Below, in pieces: positions 58,701 through 64,000 of a DNA stretch of 64,000 bases (position 1 is its first letter; each line of letters opens with the position of its first letter). The stretch is from Actinomycetota bacterium. GTDB taxonomy: Bacteria; Actinomycetota; UBA4738; HRBIN12. The notes beneath the pieces are model-generated. The model was not told the DNA's origin, searched no databases, and saw only the letters and a program-made list of their open reading frames with translations. The position numbers and the translations under genes are program-made. The stretch is taken from contig DASQWI010000023.1 of the NCBI GenBank assembly GCA_035640355.1, positions 6,563-70,562 on the forward strand, in the 5' to 3' direction.

Positions 58701-58883
58701 CAGCTGTTAGACCTCGGCGCGGCGAACCGGGCGTGGGCAGAGGCGGACCGGCGACTCGTCGAAGAGGCCATGCTCGCGCCGCTCACGAATGGCCTCGTGG
58801 CGTATCCCGTGTCGGACCGGGTGGGGAACGTCCAAATCCACCCGCTGTGGACGCTTCTCCTCAGCCGCCTCTGGGTGCGCTGA
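55770..58883 (+). CDS. Multidomain protein: class III adenylate/guanylate cyclase - TM - YVTN-type beta-propeller repeats - family-5 solute-binding-protein domain
   Basis: Cyclase motifs (FLIADVRGYTLFTQ ... ELRGDEALCVFGS ... GIGLDAGEAV ... GGALNLAARLCGQARAGEILAS). TM LVPVAVAAALALVAVAIPLL. At least five ~40-aa repeats (VWV.N...GTV.R.D), then SBP_bac_5-like region to the C-terminus. Alternative start at 55719. Confidence 0.75.
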   Translation: MTGDLPRGGADDAPIRAFLIADVRGYTLFTQERGDEAGAKLAAKFADIVRDVVETRGGTLLELRGDEALCVFGSAREAIRTAVELQERFVEETIASPELPLTVGIGLDAGEAVPVEGGYRGGALNLAARLCGQARAGEILASREATHLARRLDGIRYQDRGSLTFKGLSDPVTVVRVVPETGDPIERLRPFAPPAPEPPPTQRRWLVPVAVAAALALVAVAIPLLGGDEDPGHIGSDSVALLDIEDGSVGLSETIGDRPGAMAVAFDSVWVLQPDRGRIVRLDTDDGAVQDTIPVGSSPASLVAGDDEIWVTNAVDGTVSRVDEETNQASQSLPAGSRPTGIASGDGALWIADTTGAALLRVDPSGVDEPSSIPLPGEPAGVEWTDHGVWVSYSPDGIARIDPSSGMITHTQTVGAEPTAILLAHGSIWVANHLGGTVARIDPSSGDVVDLIPVGDGPNALASTTDSVWVTNEYDGTVMMIDPTTNDVARAVSLDATAASLATDGDGLWVAVGASASEHRGGTLRVAGGVIESLDPAVAYDTQAWQILTITNDGLLSYKRVGGTEGTTLVPDLASALPDVSPDGLTYRFPLRDGLRYSTGEPVLPEDFRYGLERAIAITPDAANFFGAIEGAAACAEAGQACDLSNGILVDGAAISIRLERPDPDFLYKLAMPFAYPLPSIVPMEDQRLEPLPATGPYMVRDGSREGIELGRNPEFQQWSGAAQPDGFVDAITWEFREGRIDALQAGALDWTIGAPPEDVDALRASSPDQVVSAPDSSIFFVGFDVAQAPFDDVRVRRAVNYAIDRAHVVELLGGPAFFRPSCQLVPPSIPGYQPFCPYTADPDTGRWSAPDLERARQLIQAAGVAGDHVTVWSPSGAGVPTGIDEVMAYVADLLTQLGLPAELRVIDNVDTYFGKYLYGTEPGTARHPAIFMAGWLPDFLTATNYIEPQFGCNAGPNAFGVCDRTLERMMDEAKRLQLLDLGAANRAWAEADRRLVEEAMLAPLTNGLVAYPVSDRVGNVQIHPLWTLLLSRLWVR

Positions 58884-58897
58884 CGAAGTTCCGAACG

Positions 58898-59180
58898 TTA
58901 GCCAGCGTGACGGTCCAGATGGGCGTCGAGACGCGTTGCGAGTGCGTCGAAGCGAGCATCGAGCGTGTCGAAGCGCGAATCCATTCGGCCGATGAGCGAG
59001 TCGAATCTGACATCGATGTGATCCAAGCGAGCATCGACGCGGTCGAAGCGAGCGTCGACGCGGTCGAACCGAGCATCCGTCCTCGCGGCAAATGAGTCGA
59101 TCCGGGCACCGAGATAGAAGAGCGTGCCGAGCGACATCGCAGCCAGGATCGCCAGTGCCGTCCAGACCACAGCGTCCATC
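58898..59180 (-). CDS. Small TM protein with heptad (21-bp) tandem repeats
   Basis: 94 aa from MDAVVWTALAILAAMSLGTLFYLGA, followed by the (D/S)xRFDxx x ~8 repeats. At the DNA level, 21-bp periodic repeats at ~58930-59080. Confidence 0.5.
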
Positions 59181-59370
59181 TGGTCGGCGAGCGTAGCACC
59201 CGCCGGTGACAACCATGCTGACCGACCGGGATGCCTCAGAGGCGCTCTCCATCTTGCCGGCTCAGACAGCGGCGAGAGTTTGTCTGAAGAGTAGACGACT
59301 CGTACTCTTCCGCCGCCACGGAACAAGTCCGCGGTAAGGGCTGCATCGTTCGACCGCCAGGTGGTGACCC

Positions 59371-60201
59371 GTGTCGCAGCGACGCCCCAACGCACCGCTC
59401 GTCCCAAATGCGAGCCCCAGCGACACCGTCGGCACCCGTGACGGAGCCGCGCACCGATTCACATCCGTCACAGCGGAGACGCTCTCACGCAGGATCACCC
59501 GAGAGCTCATCGCGAGCATCATCCAGGGCCACTACGGGCCCGGCGACCTTCTACCCACGGAGGAGGAGCTCTGCCAGCAGCTCGGCGTCAGCCGATCGGT
59601 CGTTCGCGAGGCCACCAAGGCCGTGACGATCCTGGGCATGGTCAGGAGCCGGCAGGGACGGGGGACGGAGGTACTACCCGACGAGAATTGGAACGAGTTC
59701 GCGCCGGAGGTCATCGAGGCGCGAAGCGATCTTCAGACAGTCGATGAGTTCCTCGTGCACCTGCTCGAGCTTCGCCGGATCATCGAGGTTGAAGCTGCGG
59801 GACTCGCGGCGCGGCGCGCCGACGCCGAGGCCATCGCCTCGATGGCGTCGTTGATTGCCGCGATGGAGGACGCCGACGATGTCGAGGCCTTCGCGCGACT
59901 CGACGTGCGTTTCCATGACGCGATCCTCGCCGCGACGCGCAATCGTCCGCTTCGGAGCCTGCTGAGGATGATCGAGCCGGCGCTCCTAGCAGCTCGGACC
60001 GTCAGCCTCACCACGCGGCGCGCGGGCCTGAGACGATCGGCGAAGGAGCACCGCGTGATCGCCGAGGCGATCCGAGAGCGTTCGGCAACACGGGCGCGTC
60101 GGGCGATGACGACGCACCTGTCGTGGACCGCGAACCTGTCGGTCGATCGAGCCGACGGTTCGCGCTCTCGAGGGTCGCGAAAGTCCCGCGCGTCCTCCTG
60201 A
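59371..60201 (+). CDS. GntR-family transcriptional regulator (FadR/FCD subfamily)
   Basis: wHTH (LPTEEELCQQLGVSRSVVREATKAV) plus a C-terminal all-helical FCD domain. The true start may be downstream of 59371. Confidence 0.7.
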   Translation: MSQRRPNAPLVPNASPSDTVGTRDGAAHRFTSVTAETLSRRITRELIASIIQGHYGPGDLLPTEEELCQQLGVSRSVVREATKAVTILGMVRSRQGRGTEVLPDENWNEFAPEVIEARSDLQTVDEFLVHLLELRRIIEVEAAGLAARRADAEAIASMASLIAAMEDADDVEAFARLDVRFHDAILAATRNRPLRSLLRMIEPALLAARTVSLTTRRAGLRRSAKEHRVIAEAIRERSATRARRAMTTHLSWTANLSVDRADGSRSRGSRKSRASS

Positions 60202-60202
60202 C

Positions 60203-61150
60203 CTACTGCTCATCCGGACTGACTGCGTCGAGCGCACGCTGCAGTAGCGCGTCGTCGTCGGGGAACATCTCCGAGCGGACGAGCCGCGGGAGCAGTTTCT
60301 TCCACTGCTCGCCGAAAACCGCCGCGCGGGCAAGGTACGGGACGCCGTCGTCGACCCGACCGTTCCCGGCGAAGGCCACTCCTGTCCAGAACGCGGCCTC
60401 GCCGTCGGTGGCGGAGTCAGGAACCATCTGGGTCGCCGCCTCGTAGTCGGCCAGTGCCGCGTCGGCGCGGCCGGCGGCCATCATCGCGTCGCCCCGGTTC
60501 AGCTGGATGTACGCCCGCTGCAGCGACACCAACCGACGCAGCTCTCCGAGCGGGTCGGGCGCGTCCTCGACCCGGAGATCGAATGCAGGGTCGTCGCGGC
60601 CCGGTGCCGGCACCACGACCAGCGCGGCCGATTGCCGCCCGCGCACGTCTCCTCCCTCGTTATCCGCGGCCTCGAGCGCGGTGACGAGACGCTCGGCGAG
60701 GTCGCCGTCGGCCCCCGCGAACGCTTCCGTCATCGCCGACCAGACCGACGGGCGATCCATGAGGTTCGCCTGCGCGGAGAACCCGGCGCCTATGTCGTGC
60801 CCCGCCTCGGCTATGCACAGGTCACCGGTGTGCGTTGCGACGACCCCGTCGGCGTCCACGATGGCGATCTGGCGGTACGCGGCCTGCTCATCGCGGTCGA
60901 GCAGGCTCTCGAGGGCCGCGGCGGCGCTCCCACCTGATCGCAGCTGATCGAGCGCCCTCGTGCCCGACGATGGATCGCTGATCGACTGAACCGCGACGGC
61001 GCCCACCCCAGCCTCCACCCACGGAACGACCGCTCCTACGTTGAACCAGTGCGATTGGACGCCGACGCCCAACGCTCCGGTGCCGTCGCGCGCAACGATC
61101 GAGTACGTCGCGATCGGTCGACGTCCGATCCAACCCTTGCCCACGCCCAT
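60203..61150 (-). CDS. DUF1028-family (Ntn-hydrolase-like) protein
   Basis: 315 aa with an N-terminal TYSIVARD motif; the DUF1028 assignment is tentative. Confidence 0.6.
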   Translation of the reverse strand: MGVGKGWIGRRPIATYSIVARDGTGALGVGVQSHWFNVGAVVPWVEAGVGAVAVQSISDPSSGTRALDQLRSGGSAAAALESLLDRDEQAAYRQIAIVDADGVVATHTGDLCIAEAGHDIGAGFSAQANLMDRPSVWSAMTEAFAGADGDLAERLVTALEAADNEGGDVRGRQSAALVVVPAPGRDDPAFDLRVEDAPDPLGELRRLVSLQRAYIQLNRGDAMMAAGRADAALADYEAATQMVPDSATDGEAAFWTGVAFAGNGRVDDGVPYLARAAVFGEQWKKLLPRLVRSEMFPDDDALLQRALDAVSPDEQ

Positions 61151-61212
61151 CTCCTCCTTGCCTTGACATCGTAAGAAGATCAGATGTATATGCGTTCGGT
61201 CCCATCCAGCGC

Positions 61213-62859
61213 ATGCTCGCGCGTCACCAAGGGAGGGATCCCATGGAACGGTTCGGTCGCGCTCGGTTCCTGGTCATCGCGGCGCTGATGTCCCTGCTCG
61301 TCGCCGCCTGCGGCGGTGGCGACGGAGGAGGCGACGACGAGGGCCGCGGGGACGGATCGAGCGAGCTCGAAGAGGTCACGTGGGCGCTCCCGGGCCTCCC
61401 CGACGTCCTGCTCGTGCCCCACGACTGGACCACCTATTCCGGAGCGGTGATGTCGCTCGTCGAGGAGGGCCTGCTGGCGTTCGGTGACGACCTCAGCCTG
61501 CAGCCGGCGTTGGCGGAGGACTATGAGGTCGTTGACCCGACAACGTACGTCTTCACGCTGCGCGACGGCGTGACGTTCCACGACGGCACGCCGCTCACCG
61601 CCGACGACGTCGTTTTCAGCATCGAGTGGAACATGGATCCGGACAACGCGTCGCAACTCGCTGCGTTCTTTGCGTCGGTCGACACGGTCGAGGCCACAGC
61701 GGAGAACGAGGTCACGATCACGCTGAAGAAGCCCGACGCGCAGTTCATCTACTCCACTGCGCACATGTCGGGGTTCATCATGAAGCAGGACCAGCTCGAG
61801 CCGGCGGGGGAGGACTTCGGCACGCCCGACCTCCTGCCGGTCGGGACCGGCCCGTACCAGCTCGTCGAGTTCGTGCCGGACGACCACGTCACGCTCGAGC
61901 GCTTCGACGACTACTGGGGCGACCCGGGCGCGTCGCAGCGGATCGTGATCCGCGAGATCCCCGATTCGCAGACGCGCCTGCTGGCGATGCAGAACGGTGA
62001 TATCGACGGAACGTTCGACGTCCCCGTCTCCGAGGCGGACCAGTGGGAAGGGCTCGACGGCGTCACGCTGATCACGGCACCATCGAACGGCGTCTACCAG
62101 CTGATCCTGGACTTCGAGACGCCCCCGTTCGACGACCCGAACGTCCGCAAGGCGATCGCCCTGGCCGTCGACCGAGAAGGGATCGTGCAGGCGGTTCTGC
62201 ACGGCAACGGCGCGCCAGCCCGCGCGATCAATCCGCCGGGGATCTGGGGCGGCGTGCTGGACGAGGGAGCGGTGACCCAGTTCTACGACACGATCCCGAC
62301 ATACCAATTCGACCTCGATGCCGCGCGCGCTGCGCTCGCCGAGTCGTCGGTGCCCGACGGCTTCGACTTCTCCGTTCCGGTGCCCAACAACGACCCGGTC
62401 GCGATCAACTCGTTCCTCGCGATCGCCGAGTCGCTCGGGCAGATCGGCATCACGATGGACGTCCGGCAGGTCGACCCGGGTGAGTGGCTCGACGTCTACT
62501 TCGGGCACGAGGACCTGGGTGCCCAATTCATGTCGTACTTCCCGGACTATGCCGACCCCGCGAACTACCCGTACCTCTTCTATTACAGCGGGAACGCAGT
62601 GGCGAACGGGCTGAACGGCTCGAATTACCGCAACGACGAAGTCGACGCCGCGATCGAGACGGCGCTCCAGTCGACGGATACAGACGAACGCGCACAGGCG
62701 CTCGAGGAGGCGATCGCACAGGCGCAGGAGGACGTAGCCACGGTGCCGATCCACTGGCCCGACTCGGCGATGGCGATCAGCGACGAGCTGCGCCTCGATG
62801 GCTACAACGCCTTCTGGTACAACATCCCGTGGGCGACCCGCGGGTTCGGATCGGCATAG
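61213..62859 (+). CDS. ABC transporter substrate-binding lipoprotein, family 5 (peptide/nickel/oligosaccharide type)
   Basis: 548 aa. Lipobox LVAACGGG, acidic linker, SBP_bac_5 fold motifs. Confidence 0.8.
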   Translation: MLARHQGRDPMERFGRARFLVIAALMSLLVAACGGGDGGGDDEGRGDGSSELEEVTWALPGLPDVLLVPHDWTTYSGAVMSLVEEGLLAFGDDLSLQPALAEDYEVVDPTTYVFTLRDGVTFHDGTPLTADDVVFSIEWNMDPDNASQLAAFFASVDTVEATAENEVTITLKKPDAQFIYSTAHMSGFIMKQDQLEPAGEDFGTPDLLPVGTGPYQLVEFVPDDHVTLERFDDYWGDPGASQRIVIREIPDSQTRLLAMQNGDIDGTFDVPVSEADQWEGLDGVTLITAPSNGVYQLILDFETPPFDDPNVRKAIALAVDREGIVQAVLHGNGAPARAINPPGIWGGVLDEGAVTQFYDTIPTYQFDLDAARAALAESSVPDGFDFSVPVPNNDPVAINSFLAIAESLGQIGITMDVRQVDPGEWLDVYFGHEDLGAQFMSYFPDYADPANYPYLFYYSGNAVANGLNGSNYRNDEVDAAIETALQSTDTDERAQALEEAIAQAQEDVATVPIHWPDSAMAISDELRLDGYNAFWYNIPWATRGFGSA

Positions 62860-62869
62860 CGCGCACCGC

Positions 62870-64000
62870 GTGGGCGATCGCGAACGCCTCGAGAGCGTCC
62901 TCGCGCTCCTGGATCGCGTCCGGTATCCCGTCGACCTGTCGTTCACCCACCGTGGCGACGCCCTCGCCGTCGCCGTGTTCCCCGCACACCTCGAACGGGC
63001 CGGGAGCTATCAGAGCCGGATCTGGCGCGTGCCGCTCGACGGTGGCCCGCCCGAGCAGCTGACCGCCGGTCCGCGCACCGACGCGCTCCCCACGTGGTCC
63101 CCGATCGACGACCGGCTCGCCTTCGCCGCAGAGCGCCCGATCGTCGGACGGATGTCGCCGTTCCTGCTCGAGCCGGGCGGTGAGCCTCGTGAGATCGGCG
63201 AGGTCGACGGCTCCGTCCAGGCGCTCGCCTGGTCCCCCGATGGAACGTCCGTGTTCGCCCTCGCCGTCGACGAGGGCGGGTTCGGCGCGGCGACGGACGG
63301 TGCGATACGCCTCCGTTGGAGCGACGCGCCCGATCCCGCGGTGTTTCGGCCCGACACGGGCTGGCGGCGAGTGCTGCGGATAGATATCGAGACAGGCAAG
63401 ACGGAGGAAGTCAGCCCAGACGGGGTGAGCGTTTGGGAGTTCGACTTGGTTGATGCCTCGAAGGCCGTCGGCCTCGTGTCGGAAGACCCGTCCGAGAGCG
63501 GTTGGTACCGGGCCCGGCTCGCACTCCTTGACCTCGAGCGGCGGACCTCCCGCGACCTGTGGATCCCCGATCGGCAGGTGCAGGGTCCCGCCGTGGACCC
63601 GACGGGGCGCCGCGTCGCCGTCCTCGAGGGGTGGTCGAGCGACCGCGGGCTCGTCGCGGGGGACGTCCGTATGATCGAACTCGAGAGCGGCGAGGCCCAG
63701 CCGTTCGACTCCGAGCTGAGCGACCTCTCCTCGATCGGCTGGCTCGACCCCGAGCGCCTGTGGTTCGCGGGCTGGGAGGGGTTCGGGTCCCGCTTCGGCG
63801 TCGTCGACGCCGCAGGCAAAGTGGAGTGCGCGTCGACCGACGACGCGATCGTCGGGCCGAACAGCTTCCACGCTCGCGTCGCGCCGATCCCGAGCGGCGG
63901 GTTCGTCGCGATCCGCGAATCGCTGCGTGATCCGCCCGAGGTGATGCAACGCGACGACGGCCCCGACGCGACGTGGACGCCCCTCACGTCGTTCAACGAC
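62870..64000 (+). CDS. S9-family peptidase / TolB-like beta-propeller N-terminal region, partial (runs off the window end)
   Basis: Manual translation from GTG 62870 gives a continuous frame to 64000 with propeller-like motifs (RIWRVPLDGGPPEQLTAGPRTDALPTWSPIDDRLAF ... LAWSPDGTSVFAL). Not in the ORF track because no stop codon falls inside the window. Confidence 0.55.
   Translation, partial: MGDRERLESVLALLDRVRYPVDLSFTHRGDALAVAVFPAHLERAGSYQSRIWRVPLDGGPPEQLTAGPRTDALPTWSPIDDRLAFAAERPIVGRMSPFLLEPGGEPREIGEVDGSVQALAWSPDGTSVFALAVDEGGFGAATDGAIRLRWSDAPDPAVFRPDTGWRRVLRIDIETGKTEEVSPDGVSVWEFDLVDASKAVGLVSEDPSESGWYRARLALLDLERRTSRDLWIPDRQVQGPAVDPTGRRVAVLEGWSSDRGLVAGDVRMIELESGEAQPFDSELSDLSSIGWLDPERLWFAGWEGFGSRFGVVDAAGKVECASTDDAIVGPNSFHARVAPIPSGGFVAIRESLRDPPEVMQRDDGPDATWTPLTSFND

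Noticed and set aside
61180-63996. Minus-strand ORFs 61180..62946 (588 aa), 62777..63949 (390 aa) and 63010..63996 (328 aa)
   Set aside because: Antisense to the SBP5 lipoprotein gene and to the + strand propeller/peptidase frame. Arg/Gly/Pro-rich translations.
1-64000. CRISPR arrays, tRNA/rRNA genes, transposases or integrases
   Set aside because: No regularly spaced direct repeats with spacers, no cloverleaf-like conserved tRNA motifs spotted in the few >100-bp intergenic regions, and no ORF with transposase or integrase motifs (DDE, tyrosine recombinase R..H..R..Y).

Overview
High-GC (roughly 68-70%) actinobacterial-type chromosome segment, about 60 protein genes at high coding density, with many 1-4 nt start/stop overlaps (ATGA, GTGA, TGATG) that suggest translational coupling and leaderless transcripts. 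Classification comes from reading the supplied ORF translations for family-signature motifs by eye. I ran no database search.

Content, in order along the window:
- 1-6 kb, housekeeping: holB, a fused MFS-transporter/dTMP-kinase ORF (tmk), and topA.
- 8.8-24.8 kb, monovalent-cation homeostasis island: two tandem KimA-family (APC superfamily) K+ transporter paralogs with enlarged, internally duplicated C-terminal domains; a translationally coupled HD-domain protein; a small coupled membrane ORF; a KdpD-like histidine kinase that lacks the N-terminal Kdp sensor, with a KdpE-like response regulator; two TrkA/RCK genes (CeoB/CeoC-like); an OB-fold protein; an H+-translocating pyrophosphatase; NhaA; and a CaCA antiporter.
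- 24.8-27.6 kb: an MrfA/SftH-like DEXH helicase with a DUF1998 zinc domain, ATGA-coupled to a TIGR00725 (SLOG/LOG-like) protein.
- 27.6-36 kb: small enzymes (VOC, GNAT, CMD, F420-PPOX), a Wzx-like flippase, and a PepSY plus two-component-system operon.
- 36-51 kb: a large carbohydrate-utilisation locus. It holds two GH4 glycosidase paralogs, PfkB-family kinases, an SIS protein, a DeoR regulator, a CUT1 ABC importer, a Zn-ADH, an MBL-fold hydrolase, an SDR and an amidohydrolase.
- 51-64 kb: an ABC-2 exporter; lipoproteins and an esterase; a 1054-aa adenylate-cyclase/YVTN beta-propeller/SBP5 fusion protein; a small TM protein encoded by a 21-bp tandem repeat; and a GntR/DUF1028/SBP5/S9-peptidase peptide cluster.

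No rRNA, tRNA, CRISPR, transposase or integrase was recognised. Nucleotide-level oddities include a 61-bp tandem duplication spanning the topA stop codon, several strong GC hairpins in very short intergenic regions, and back-to-back divergent start codons sharing a CACGTG hexamer.
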